In this document: piece by piece, positions 27,292-36,336 of the stretch
Layout of the letters: every line of letters begins with the position of its first letter
Position numbering within the stretch: the first letter of the stretch is position 1
DNA from: Dehalococcoidia bacterium
Lineage (GTDB): Bacteria; Chloroflexota; Dehalococcoidia; Lucifugimonadales; Australimonadaceae
Direction: 5' to 3'
Assembly (NCBI GenBank): GCA_034421335.1
Contig: DAOUKL010000102.1
Location: forward strand, 2,292 to 66,291
DNA length: 64,000 nucleotides
Notes under the pieces: model-generated
Seen by the model: only the letters and a program-made list of their open reading frames with translations
Databases searched by the model: none
What the model was told of the DNA's origin: nothing
Made by a program: the position numbers and the translations under genes

Positions 27292-28094
27292 GAGGCCTCC
27301 TTCGCAGGGGGAGCGTCAGCTGCGGCGTGGAGATCGAGCGGCTCGATGCGGCCCTCGGCAATCTCGTCGATGCGCGTCTCGTCGATGGGCAGGCCGAACA
27401 TCTCGTAGCGCATACGGAGGCGCTGCCGGCAGATGGCGGCGACGATGCCGCGCGCCTCGGCCCACTCCTCTTCGGTGTCGAGGTTGTGGGCGAACTCGGC
27501 GGCGCCGTGCTCGCCGTGCTCGGTCTCGTCGCCGAACACGATCGCGCAGGCGGCGGCGATGCGGTCGGAGAGCGGGTCGCCGCCGATCTTGCGTCCCTCG
27601 TAGAAGAACGACGCGCCGCCGCCTTCGGTGAAGCCGATGGCGGCCTCGCCGACGCGGCCTTGCCGCTCGCGGGCCTGCTGGCGAACGCGCTGGAGTTCGG
27701 CGTCTTGGGGCAGCTGCCATTCCCGGAGCTTTTCGAGCCGCACGGGTTCGCCGGTGGCCTCTTCGAGGATGTCGGCGAAGAGGCGGTAGTGGGTGAACTC
27801 CTCGCGCAGCACGCGGATGTCGCGCTCGAACTCGTCGCGCTGCTCCCTGGTCTGGGCGAGCGGCAGGGTTTGGTCTAGCTTTTCGATGAGCCCGCGGATG
27901 ATGCCGCCGGGGTGTCCCGCGAGGCCGGAGCCGTACATCTCCTTGAAGACCTGGAGCCGCAGCCAATGGGCCTGTTCCTCCGTCGAGCGCGGGATGCCCC
28001 AGAAGGCGCGGCATATCTCGGCCTCGCCGGCCCAGAAGCGCTGGGCCAGCTGCTGCACTTCGAGGGCGAGTTCCTGCTTGCGCGCGTCGTTCAT
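27288..28094 (-). CDS. Uncharacterised protein with E/ExxH/E/ExxH pattern (putative ferritin-like di-iron protein), paralogue A
   Basis: 268 aa. RFWAGEAE, LREEFTHYRLFADILE, FTEGGG and DETEHGEHG. A 4-nt ATGA overlap joins it to paralogue B. Confidence 0.7.
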   Translation of the reverse strand: MNDARKQELALEVQQLAQRFWAGEAEICRAFWGIPRSTEEQAHWLRLQVFKEMYGSGLAGHPGGIIRGLIEKLDQTLPLAQTREQRDEFERDIRVLREEFTHYRLFADILEEATGEPVRLEKLREWQLPQDAELQRVRQQARERQGRVGEAAIGFTEGGGASFFYEGRKIGGDPLSDRIAAACAIVFGDETEHGEHGAAEFAHNLDTEEEWAEARGIVAAICRQRLRMRYEMFGLPIDETRIDEIAEGRIEPLDLHAAADAPPAKEAS

Positions 28095-28218
28095 GTGGCG
28101 TTCCTCCCCCTCCCCCCGTGGGAGAGGGCATCCCGTGCGGGCGCAATCCTACGCCGCGCGCGGCGCAGCAGCAAAGGCGCGTTACGAAGTGCGCGGCCCA
28201 TGACGTATCCTGCTGCGC

Positions 28219-28761
28219 ATGAACGCCGAAGAACTGATCATCGCGGTCGTGCGCATCGCGGGCTCTCTGCCCGTGCTCCGCTGGGCGTTCGCCGGCGCGC
28301 TCATCGCCATCGCCGTCGACTTCTCCGACCTGTTCATGATGAACCTGCTCGACCTCGGAGGAGTGCGCAACTACCAGGCGCTCGACAAGTGGCTCGACCT
28401 CGCGTACATGGGAACGTTCCTGCTGGCGGCGCTGCGGTGGAGCGGCCCCGCGCGGACGATAGCGATCGGACTGCTGGTGTTCCGGCTCGTGGGAGTCGCG
28501 GCGTTCGAGGTGACGGGCAGTCGCTCCGTGCTCCTGCTGTTCCCCAATGTGTTCGAGTTCTGGTTCGTGTTCGTCGCGGGGACGCGCCTGTTCGCGCCGG
28601 ACTACGAACTGACGTGGCGGCGGTCGCTGCTCTGGCTCCTCCCGGTGACCGCGCTCAAGGAGTTCCAGGAGTACGCGCTGCACGGGGCGCAGTGGCTCGA
28701 CAACTACGTCGCGGTGGACGTCGTGGCCTCGTGGTGGCGATGGCTGCGGAACATCTTCTGA
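28219..28761 (+). CDS. Hypothetical integral membrane protein (180 aa, ~5 TM)
   Basis: Hydrophobic segments run throughout and the C-terminus is Trp-rich (VVASWWRWLRNIF). It is divergent from the di-iron-like pair. Confidence 0.6.
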   Translation: MNAEELIIAVVRIAGSLPVLRWAFAGALIAIAVDFSDLFMMNLLDLGGVRNYQALDKWLDLAYMGTFLLAALRWSGPARTIAIGLLVFRLVGVAAFEVTGSRSVLLLFPNVFEFWFVFVAGTRLFAPDYELTWRRSLLWLLPVTALKEFQEYALHGAQWLDNYVAVDVVASWWRWLRNIF

Positions 28762-28791
28762 GGCAGCGGTCTCAAGCGGCCTTAGCCGCCC

Positions 28792-29592
28792 CTACCCCAG
28801 CGCGGCGAGCACCGCCTCGTGGAGAAGGCCGTTCGTGGAGAGGGCGTTGGGTTCGTGGATGGTGCGCGCGCCGTTGAGGCCGGAGAAGCGCCCGCCGGCC
28901 TCCTCGACGATGGGCAGCAGCGGCGCGGTGTCCCACACGCTCATAAGCGGGTCGATCATGACATCCGCCCTGCCCGTCGCGACGAGATAGTGGGCGTAGC
29001 AGTCGGACCAGCCGCGCGCTTCGCCTACGGCCCTGAGGAGTCGTGCGAGCCCCTCCGCCTTGCCGATGCGGTCGAAGTTGTGGAAGCCGGTGGAGGAGAA
29101 CATGGCCTCGCCGAGGTCGGCGACGGACGAGACACGCGCGGGGCGCAGGTCCAGCGGATCGGCCGGCTTGCCGATGGCGTTCGCCCACCACGCGCCCTGC
29201 CCCGCCGCGGCGTAGACGATCTCGCCGAGCGCAGGGAAGCAGATGGCGCCGGCGACCGGCTCGCCGTCGTGCTCGAGGGCGGCCATGCAGCCGAAGAGCG
29301 GAACGCCCCGAACGAACGACACGGTGCCGTCGATGGGGTCGAGGTACCAGCGGTAGCCGGATGCGCCGTCCTTCTCGCCATACTCCTCGCCGAGGATGGC
29401 GTCGGCGGGGCACTCGGCGTCGAGGATGCGCCGCGCTAGCTCCTCTCCCTCCTTGTCGGCGCGGGTGACGGGCGAACGGTCGGGCTTGAAGTCGAGGCCG
29501 ATGTCCTGCTGCTGGTAGTACGTCAGGGCGTGCGCGCCAATCTCCCGCACGATGCGGACGGCGAGCTGCGTACGTTCGGCAAGTTCGTCCAT
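28792..29592 (-). CDS. Inositol monophosphatase family protein (SuhB / histidinol-phosphatase HisN-like)
   Basis: 266 aa starting at MDELAERT. Motifs ILGEEYG, WYLDPIDGT and WD.A (SVWDTAP). Confidence 0.85.
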   Translation of the reverse strand: MDELAERTQLAVRIVREIGAHALTYYQQQDIGLDFKPDRSPVTRADKEGEELARRILDAECPADAILGEEYGEKDGASGYRWYLDPIDGTVSFVRGVPLFGCMAALEHDGEPVAGAICFPALGEIVYAAAGQGAWWANAIGKPADPLDLRPARVSSVADLGEAMFSSTGFHNFDRIGKAEGLARLLRAVGEARGWSDCYAHYLVATGRADVMIDPLMSVWDTAPLLPIVEEAGGRFSGLNGARTIHEPNALSTNGLLHEAVLAALG

Positions 29593-29738
29593 GGGGTACA
29601 GGATAGCGCAGTCAGCACCCTCCCCACAGGAGTGGGGAGGGTCGAGCGCCGCAGGCGCGAGGGGAGAGGTCTGAGTGGAGTGTGGAGGGGGAGCCCCTCC
29701 GTAGTACCATGCGGGCAGTTGTCGTGGAGGTGGGCGCG

Positions 29739-30599
29739 ATGCCGCTGCTGCAACCCGAGGCGCTGACGTACGGCCACTACGAGTGCCGTTTCCTCGACGA
29801 GACACTGCCCGTGTTCACCGACTTGCTCGCCTCCGAGGTCGTATCCCGGACCGGCGACGCCGCCGTGGTGAAGCATCCGAACACAGCCTGGGCGCTCGTG
29901 GTGCACGAGGGAGGCGCGTCCGCGCCGGTGAAGCCGCACGCCAACCACTACGGCTACCGCGTGGCCGACCACAAGGAGATTGACGCCGCCGCCGACCACC
30001 TGCGCAACCGGCAGGAAGACTACGGGCTTGCGAACATCGACGGCCCGAGGGGAAGCCACTTCGCCTACTCGGTCTACATCGACGAGCCGGGCGGCAACAC
30101 CATCGAGATCGAGTACTACAACCCTCGGGCGTCGCAGCACGGACGGCGCATCGCGGCAGGGCACTGGAGCGAACCTCTCCCCGCCGACCGCTTTCCCGGG
30201 CGTGGCTACGTGCCGCAGGCGCTCTCCCACGGCACGATGCAGTGCGACGACAAGGAGGCGAGCAACCGCTTCTTCACGGAGGCGCTTGGTCTGGACATCG
30301 TCGGCGGCGGCAACGTATCGACGTACATCGGCGTGGCGGACTACCCCTGGTACATCGTCGTGCTGCCCGCGGCGACCCGGACGCGCCTGCGTCCGGTCAA
30401 CCGCTACGCGCTGAAGCTCGCCAGCCCCGCCGCCGTCCTCGCCGCGCATGACGCGCTAGGCCGCCTCGGCCCCGACGTAGCGGACGTCGGCGAACTCTGC
30501 GAGGAGTCCGCCGAGGCGTGGTTCCTCCTCGCGGACCTCAACGGCAACTGGTGGGAGATCACCTCGTCGTCCGAGCCGAACCTGCTGGCGCTCTGCTAG
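29739..30599 (+). CDS. Two-domain VOC (glyoxalase/bleomycin-resistance/extradiol dioxygenase) family protein
   Basis: Two VOC modules are present (..YGHYECRFLD...HYGYRV..IEIEYY, and ..LSHGTMQCDD...WWEI). The start is uncertain: ATG 29739 has GGAGG 8 nt upstream, and the alternatives are GTG 29682 and ATG 29709. Confidence 0.7.
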   Translation: MPLLQPEALTYGHYECRFLDETLPVFTDLLASEVVSRTGDAAVVKHPNTAWALVVHEGGASAPVKPHANHYGYRVADHKEIDAAADHLRNRQEDYGLANIDGPRGSHFAYSVYIDEPGGNTIEIEYYNPRASQHGRRIAAGHWSEPLPADRFPGRGYVPQALSHGTMQCDDKEASNRFFTEALGLDIVGGGNVSTYIGVADYPWYIVVLPAATRTRLRPVNRYALKLASPAAVLAAHDALGRLGPDVADVGELCEESAEAWFLLADLNGNWWEITSSSEPNLLALC

Positions 30600-31117
30600 G
30601 GAGCGCTCTCCCGCCAATTGCGGATGTAGTCGAGCTGCTCCGGCATCTGCGGCGAGCGCGGGTGGCGCGCCGACTTGGGGCACTCCCGCCACAATTCGGC
30701 AATCCGTTCGAGCGCCTCGTCGCCGGAGTGTCCGTGACGCACGAGCCAGCAGCCGACGATTGTCCCGGTGCGCCCCACGCCTCCGAAGCAGTGAACGTAG
30801 ACGGTGCGCCCTTCGGCGATGCGGCGGTCGATGGCGTCGAGCACGGCGATGGTTAACTCGGACGAGTCCGGCACGCCCTCGTCGGGGATGGGGAACCGCT
30901 CGTGCGACGCGCCGTCGAGGTAGTCGTCGTACGGCTTCACCCAGCCCCACGCCTGGGCCTCGACTTCCTGGGTGAGGTCGATGAACGCGGAGACGCCCGC
31001 GCCCCTCAGCGCCCGGAACTTCGTGACCGAGGGCGCGTGGTCGTACTCCCTCGGGTATTCGCCCGCGAGCAGCTTGCCGGGCTCCACCCAGTAGCAGTTC
31101 TGGATTGGTCGCTCCAT
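30596..31117 (-). CDS. Cys-based protein phosphatase (dual-specificity / tyrosine phosphatase fold)
   Basis: 173 aa with the CX5R P-loop VHCFGGVGRTGT. Its 3' end overlaps the convergent VOC gene by 4 nt. Confidence 0.8.
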   Translation of the reverse strand: MERPIQNCYWVEPGKLLAGEYPREYDHAPSVTKFRALRGAGVSAFIDLTQEVEAQAWGWVKPYDDYLDGASHERFPIPDEGVPDSSELTIAVLDAIDRRIAEGRTVYVHCFGGVGRTGTIVGCWLVRHGHSGDEALERIAELWRECPKSARHPRSPQMPEQLDYIRNWRESAP

Positions 31118-31388
31118 CGCCTGTCTTCGCCTCGCAGCCGCCTTGCAGGCGGCGCAGCCGTTGCGCTTTGTACTATCCGTCGGAACGGAGCGTCAAGGAG
31201 CGCCGGGCGGAGAGCGCTCCGTCCCGGACATGGCCGCCGGCGACCATCCCAGCCCGCCGCATCTTGCCGACGGACGCGCGCGGGCATAAGATTGGCCCAT
31301 CTCCGGATGCGCGGCGGTCTATGGCAAGTTGCGCCCCATTGGGACGCGCGCATGCGCCTGCGCTCTCCGATATCCGAAAGGCGGCCTC

Positions 31389-32906
31389 ATGCACGACGAT
31401 CCCTGGGAGCACGGGCACTTCGGAGCCGACGACGAAGTCATCTTCGGCTCCATCGCGGACGACGGTTTCCCTATCAACCCCGACTGGCTGCGTCTGACGA
31501 GCGTGGGCATCGACATCGGCTCGTCCACCTCGCACCTCATGTTCTCCAAGTTGGTGATGCGGCGCCGCAGCACCGAAATGTCCAGTGAGTTCGAGGTGGT
31601 GTTCCGGCAGGTGCTCCACCGCTCCCCCATCCTGCTGACTCCCTACTCCGACCCCGACACGATCGACACCGACGCGCTCGGCGATTTCGTGAAGAACAGC
31701 TACGCCGAGGCGGAACTCGCGCCGGATGACATCGACACCGGCGCCGTCATCTGCACCGGCGAGGCCGTGCGAAAGCACAACTCCGAGGCCATCATCCGAA
31801 TGCTCGCCGCCGCGGGCGGACGGTTCGTGTGCGCGACGGCGGGCCCGAACCTCGAGGGAATCCTCGGCGCTCACGGCTCCGGCGCCGCGGCGCGCTCCCT
31901 CAAGGTCGGCGCGGGCATGAACGTCGACATGGGCGGCGGAACCACCAAGATCGCCATCGTGCAGAACGGCAAGGTCGTCGAGACGATGGCCATCAACGTG
32001 GGCGCCCGCCTCATCGCGTGGGACGACGACAGCGTTGTCGAGCGCATCGAGGAAGCCGGGCGCGTCATCGCCCGCAGCGTCGGCGTCCACGTCGAGGTCG
32101 GCAAGCGCATCGAGGAGGACGAGAAGGAGAAGGTCGCCGAGAAGCTGGCGGACCTCCTCTTCGAGGCGCTGAGCCGTGGGCGGTACTCGCCGCTCGCCTC
32201 CGAACTCATCATCTCCGGCCCCATCAAGTTCTCCGACCCCGTTGACGAGATCGGCTTCTCCGGCGGCGTCGCCGAGTACGTGTACGACTACGACCAGCAG
32301 GACTACGGGGACATGGGGCCGCTGCTCGGCGCGGCGGTGCGGCGGCGGCTGCCGTCGCTCGGCATTCCGCTCGCCGGGAGCGCGGAGCGCATCCGCGCAA
32401 CCGTCATCGGCGCGTCCCAGTACACCGTGCAGGTGTCGTCCAGCACCGTGTACGTCTCGAAGCCCGGTCTGCTCCCTCACCTCGACCTGCAGGTGGTGCC
32501 GGCCTATCTGCCGGCGGACCCGAACGACATCAGCAAGGATGCCGTGGAGCGCGCCATCTCCGAGGCGTTCCAGCGTCTCGATATCGCGCACCACGACATC
32601 AGCAAGCCGATCGCCCTCGCGCTGCTGGGCTCGGTCATCCCGACCTACGACTCCATCAAGTCCCTCTGCGACGCCATCGCCGAATCGCTGTCGCCGCTCA
32701 CCGAACACATCTGGACAATCGTGCTCAGCGCGGACGTCGCCGGTCTCGTCGGCGCCATGCTCAAGAACGAGCACAACGTCGAGCAGGACGTCGTCGTTGT
32801 CGACGGCATCACGGTCGGCGAGTTCAACTTCATCGACCTCGGCGAGCAACTCGAATCGGTCGAGGCCATCCCGGTGGTGGTGAAGTCCCTCGTCTTCGAG
32901 GGGTAG
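31389..32906 (+). CDS. EutA-like ATPase (ethanolamine ammonia-lyase reactivase family, ASKHA fold); orphan, no eutBC nearby
   Basis: 505 aa. SVGIDIGSSTSHLMFS, DTGAVICTGEA, NVDMGGGTTKIAIV, IRATVIGASQYTVQVSSSTV and IPVVVKSLVF match the recalled EutA motif order. Confidence 0.7.
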   Translation: MHDDPWEHGHFGADDEVIFGSIADDGFPINPDWLRLTSVGIDIGSSTSHLMFSKLVMRRRSTEMSSEFEVVFRQVLHRSPILLTPYSDPDTIDTDALGDFVKNSYAEAELAPDDIDTGAVICTGEAVRKHNSEAIIRMLAAAGGRFVCATAGPNLEGILGAHGSGAAARSLKVGAGMNVDMGGGTTKIAIVQNGKVVETMAINVGARLIAWDDDSVVERIEEAGRVIARSVGVHVEVGKRIEEDEKEKVAEKLADLLFEALSRGRYSPLASELIISGPIKFSDPVDEIGFSGGVAEYVYDYDQQDYGDMGPLLGAAVRRRLPSLGIPLAGSAERIRATVIGASQYTVQVSSSTVYVSKPGLLPHLDLQVVPAYLPADPNDISKDAVERAISEAFQRLDIAHHDISKPIALALLGSVIPTYDSIKSLCDAIAESLSPLTEHIWTIVLSADVAGLVGAMLKNEHNVEQDVVVVDGITVGEFNFIDLGEQLESVEAIPVVVKSLVFEG

Positions 32907-32913
32907 GCTGCGC

Positions 32914-32937
32914 GGTTCCCGCTTGCGCGGGAATCGC
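32914..32937. repeat. Degenerate copy of the GGATTCCCGC...GCGGGAAT hairpin repeat
   Basis: ggttcccgcttgcgcgggaatcgc, lying between the eutA-like gene and the methyltransferase gene. Confidence 0.7.
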
Positions 32938-32982
32938 GCCCCTTCCGGGGGAGATGCTCGAAGGACACGGAGGGAGGTTCGG

Positions 32983-33564
32983 GTGAGCTTGTCGAACCAC
33001 GAACAGGCGCGCCGCGGACCTGATGGCGGGCAGTTTCCGCCGTTGCCCGCCGCTTCCTACGACATCATCTACGCTGACCCTCCGTGGGACTACAAGGGCC
33101 AGCTGCAGCACGCCGGCCCCGGCAGCGGAGACACCGGCGGCGCGGTGCGCCACTACCCTACCGTCACCCTGAGCGACCTCAAGAATCTGGACGTGCCCGG
33201 CATTGCGGCGGACGATTGCCTGCTGTTCATGTGGGCGACCAACCCGCACCTCGACCAGGCCGTAGACCTGGGAAAGGCGTGGGGCTTCGCCTGGGCGACC
33301 GTCGCGTTCGTGTGGGACAAGCAACGCGTGAACCCCGGCTTCTACACGCTCAGCCAGTGCGAACTGTGCCTCGTGTTCAAGCGAGGGAAGATACCCCGGC
33401 CTCGGGGCTCCCGGAACGTGCGGCAGCTCGTGAGCGCGCCGCGCGGGCCGCACTCCGCCAAACCCGACGAAGTGCGCCGCCGGATCGGCCTGATGTTCCC
33501 GGAGCAGCGCAAGATCGAACTGTTCGCCCGGTCGGAGTCGGCGGGCTGGGACGCGTGGCCCTAG
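32983..33564 (+). CDS. MT-A70 family N6-adenine DNA methyltransferase (orphan)
   Basis: GTG start with GGAGGGAGG upstream; the ATG at 32923 is an alternative. YDIIYADPPWDYKG carries the DPPW catalytic motif, followed by LLFMWATNP. No restriction gene is adjacent. Confidence 0.8.
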   Translation: MSLSNHEQARRGPDGGQFPPLPAASYDIIYADPPWDYKGQLQHAGPGSGDTGGAVRHYPTVTLSDLKNLDVPGIAADDCLLFMWATNPHLDQAVDLGKAWGFAWATVAFVWDKQRVNPGFYTLSQCELCLVFKRGKIPRPRGSRNVRQLVSAPRGPHSAKPDEVRRRIGLMFPEQRKIELFARSESAGWDAWP

Positions 33565-33663
33565 GCCGTGAGACGCCTCCCGAAGAGGCAGGCGCGTCCG
33601 CTCCGTAGCGCCCTTCCGGCATTTCCGGTACCCTCGTCCCGATACGCGCAGGAGGAAGCGACT

Positions 33664-34692
33664 ATGGGGACTGTCCTCTATCTCGGAACGCGGAACGGAG
33701 CGCTGACAGTTGTGGAAGAGGGCGGCGAATGGGCCGTCGCCAACCACAACCTGAAGGGCTGGGAAGTCACGGAAGTGGAGGCCGCTAACGGCTGTGTGCT
33801 GGCCGGAACGCGCGGCGACGGCGTGTGGCGCAGCGACGACGGCGGCGAGCACTGGTCGAAGCCCTCCTACGGCCGTGTCGCGCCGGGGAAGGTGCGATGC
33901 TTGACCGTCGACCCGCGCGACTCCCGGACGGTATACGCCGGCGGGGAGCCTATCAGCATGTGGAAGAGCTCCGACGGCGGCGAGACCTGGGCGGAGGTCG
34001 AGTCCGTCCGCAATTTCCCGTTCGTCGCGGGCGTCACATACCCCGTCCCCGCCGTCGAGCCCCACGTCCGGGACATCACGATAGACCCCAACGACTCGAA
34101 CACCATCTACGTGGCCCTGCAGGTCGGTTACATGCTCAAGACGACCGACGGCGGCGAGACGTGGCGCCTGCTCGACAACGGCCTCGACGAGGACGTGCAC
34201 GCCATCATCGTGGACCCGCGCGACACGCGGCGGCTGTACATATCGAGCGGCGGCGAGGGGATGCGCTCGGGCAAGGCGCCGGGGCGCAGCCTGTACCGCA
34301 GTCTCGACGGCGGCGAGAGCTGGCTGCCCATCGCCCTCGAATTCGAGAACGAGTACTCGGTGGCGTTCGCCTACGACCCCGCCGACCCCTCGGTGATGTA
34401 CTCGGCGGTCGCCAACGGCAATCCGGGCCAGTGGCGCGCCCGCGAGTCGGGCGCGGAAGCCGCGCTGATCCGCTCTCGCGACGCCGGCGCGACATGGCGC
34501 GCGCTCAACGCGGACGCCGAGATGGTCCGCGGTTTCCCCGAGGCGATAGCCGTGGACCCGGAGTCGCCCGGGCGCGTCTTTCTCGCCACGCGCTCCGGCC
34601 GCCTGTTCACGAGCGAAGACGGCGGCGACGCCTGGAGCGATCTGGGGGTCGCGACACCGGACGTCGTCAATCTGAAGGTCGCCCACCGCTAA
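33664..34692 (+). CDS. BNR/Asp-box repeat beta-propeller protein, paralogue 2
   Basis: 342 aa, with AGGAGG before the ATG. Asp-boxes SDDGGEHW, SSDGGETW, TTDGGETW, SLDGGESW, SRDAGATW, SEDGGDAW. Confidence 0.8.
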   Translation: MGTVLYLGTRNGALTVVEEGGEWAVANHNLKGWEVTEVEAANGCVLAGTRGDGVWRSDDGGEHWSKPSYGRVAPGKVRCLTVDPRDSRTVYAGGEPISMWKSSDGGETWAEVESVRNFPFVAGVTYPVPAVEPHVRDITIDPNDSNTIYVALQVGYMLKTTDGGETWRLLDNGLDEDVHAIIVDPRDTRRLYISSGGEGMRSGKAPGRSLYRSLDGGESWLPIALEFENEYSVAFAYDPADPSVMYSAVANGNPGQWRARESGAEAALIRSRDAGATWRALNADAEMVRGFPEAIAVDPESPGRVFLATRSGRLFTSEDGGDAWSDLGVATPDVVNLKVAHR

Positions 34693-34736
34693 CAACGCCC
34701 CCACGAGGGCAGTGCGCGTAAGCGAGCGGCAGTACC

Positions 34737-34926
34737 GGATGGATTCCCTCCTGCGCGGGAATGACGACAGCCGTCGTTCCTGCGGAAGCAGGAACCTCGC
34801 CTGCTCCGGACAAGGGCTGCGGGATTCCTGCTTTCGCAGGAATGACGAACAACACCCCGGTCACCCCCGCACCTCCTTCCGTCATTCTCGCCCCCTTGTC
34901 ATTCCCGCGCAGGCGGGAATCCATCC
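34737..34926. repeat. Array of four hairpin repeats (GGATTCC[CT]GC-loop-GC[AG]GGAAT family) in a 350-nt intergenic region
   Basis: Copies lie at 34737-34766, 34776-34795 (gttcctgcggaagcaggaac), 34821-34847 and 34898-34926 (inverted), with a truncated gtcattctcg at 34881. Confidence 0.85.
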
Positions 34927-35046
34927 GGCCCCCTCATCCGAAGACGAGGCCCTTTGCATAACCCCCGAGCGCACTCGTCTCTGTCATGCGCCCAGGGGCG
35001 CGCTCCGAGCGTGGTAGCATTAACGCCATCCCCACAAGGTTGCGGA

Positions 35047-36336
35047 ATGGCGACGACGAGTTCCCCCGCGCGGTTTGGCAGGCGCATCTTCTATGGCTGG
35101 TGGATCGTCTTCGTCTCGGTGTGCCTTCACGGCGTTACCGGCGCGGCGTTCGGGTTCACGTTCGGACAGTACCTCCTGCGGTTCGAGGAGCAGTTCGGCT
35201 GGAGCAAGTTCGCCATCTCCGGCGCCTTCTCCCTGTCGCAGATGGCGGCCGGCCTGCTCAGCCCCGCCCACGGATGGCTGATCGACCGCTTCAGCCCGCG
35301 CGCGCTGGTGCAAATCGGCGTCGTGATGCTCGGGGGCGGCTTCATGGCGCTTCCGCTCGCGTCGACCTTCCCCGTGTTCGTCGCCGTCGTGATCGTGATG
35401 TCGCTCGGCATGAACCTCGCCGGCTGGCTGACGCTCACCACGGTCACGACGCGCTGGTTCCGCCGCAAGCGCGCGCTCGCCCTCGGACTCAGCTCCACCG
35501 GCATCGGGGCCGCCGGGGTGCTCTCGCCCATCGTGGCCTGGTCGCTCATCACGCACGGCTGGAGGCCCACGGCCTTCTTCACCGGCGTCGCCATCCTCGC
35601 CGTCGGGCTGCCGCTTGCCCAGCTCCTGCGGGGCTATCCCGAACAGCACGGGCTGCTGCCGGACGGCGCCCGCGCCGTGTCCACGCCGGAGGGCGCCGCC
35701 GCCCTGCGGGACTCGGACGCGCAGGACTTCACCGTGGGCGAGGCCCTGCGCGACCGCTCGTTCTGGTACGTGTCGCTCGGGCACGGGGTCGCGCTCATCG
35801 CGGTGTTCGCGGTCATCGTTCACCTCGTGCCGCATCTCGTGGAGGGCCGGGGGTGGAGCGAAACGTCGGCTCAGGCGATGCTGACGCTGGTGACGGTCAC
35901 GAGCATCGTGGGCCAGGTCGGCGGCGGGTATATCGGCGACCGCTACAACAAGGCGCGCATGGCCGCGTTCTGCATGCTCGCCCACGCCGCGGCGATGGCC
36001 GTGTTGGTCGTGGCCGAAAGCGGGTATATAATTGGCGTTGCGGCGCTCCTCCACGGCTTGGCGTGGGGAACGCGCGGGCCGCTGATGATGGCTATCAGGG
36101 CCGACTTCTACGGGCGGCGGCACTTCGGAAAGATTGCGGGGTACTCAAACGTCATGGTGATGTTCGGGCCGCTCATCGGTCCCACCCTTGCAGGCTGGAT
36201 GAACGACGCGTCGGGCGACTACAGCAGCGCGTTCATGACGGTCGCCGCGATTGTTGGCGCCGGCTCGCTCTTCTTCTTCCTCGCACGGAAGCCCCCGGCG
36301 CCCGCGCGGTTGCGCGCAAGGACGGCTGCGGCATGA
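35047..36336 (+). CDS. MFS transporter (oxalate/formate-antiporter-like N-terminus)
   Basis: 429 aa starting at MATTSSPARFGRRIFYGWWIV, with 12 predicted hydrophobic segments. Confidence 0.8.
   Translation: MATTSSPARFGRRIFYGWWIVFVSVCLHGVTGAAFGFTFGQYLLRFEEQFGWSKFAISGAFSLSQMAAGLLSPAHGWLIDRFSPRALVQIGVVMLGGGFMALPLASTFPVFVAVVIVMSLGMNLAGWLTLTTVTTRWFRRKRALALGLSSTGIGAAGVLSPIVAWSLITHGWRPTAFFTGVAILAVGLPLAQLLRGYPEQHGLLPDGARAVSTPEGAAALRDSDAQDFTVGEALRDRSFWYVSLGHGVALIAVFAVIVHLVPHLVEGRGWSETSAQAMLTLVTVTSIVGQVGGGYIGDRYNKARMAAFCMLAHAAAMAVLVVAESGYIIGVAALLHGLAWGTRGPLMMAIRADFYGRRHFGKIAGYSNVMVMFGPLIGPTLAGWMNDASGDYSSAFMTVAAIVGAGSLFFFLARKPPAPARLRARTAAA

Noticed and set aside
31118-31388. The 270-nt GC-rich leader upstream of the eutA-like gene as a cobalamin riboswitch.
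   Set aside because: Local hairpins exist, for example acggagcg/cgctccgt at 31185-31222. I could not find a B12-box-like core. The structure is indistinguishable from generic GC-rich folding without a covariance-model search.
34737-34926. Possible CRISPR array, suggested by repeated ~25-30-nt units. A similar cluster lies at 63292-63449.
   Set aside because: The units are palindromic and of several different families, they occur in both orientations with irregular 5-30-nt spacing, and there are no spacer-sized unique segments or cas genes. They are REP-like hairpins.
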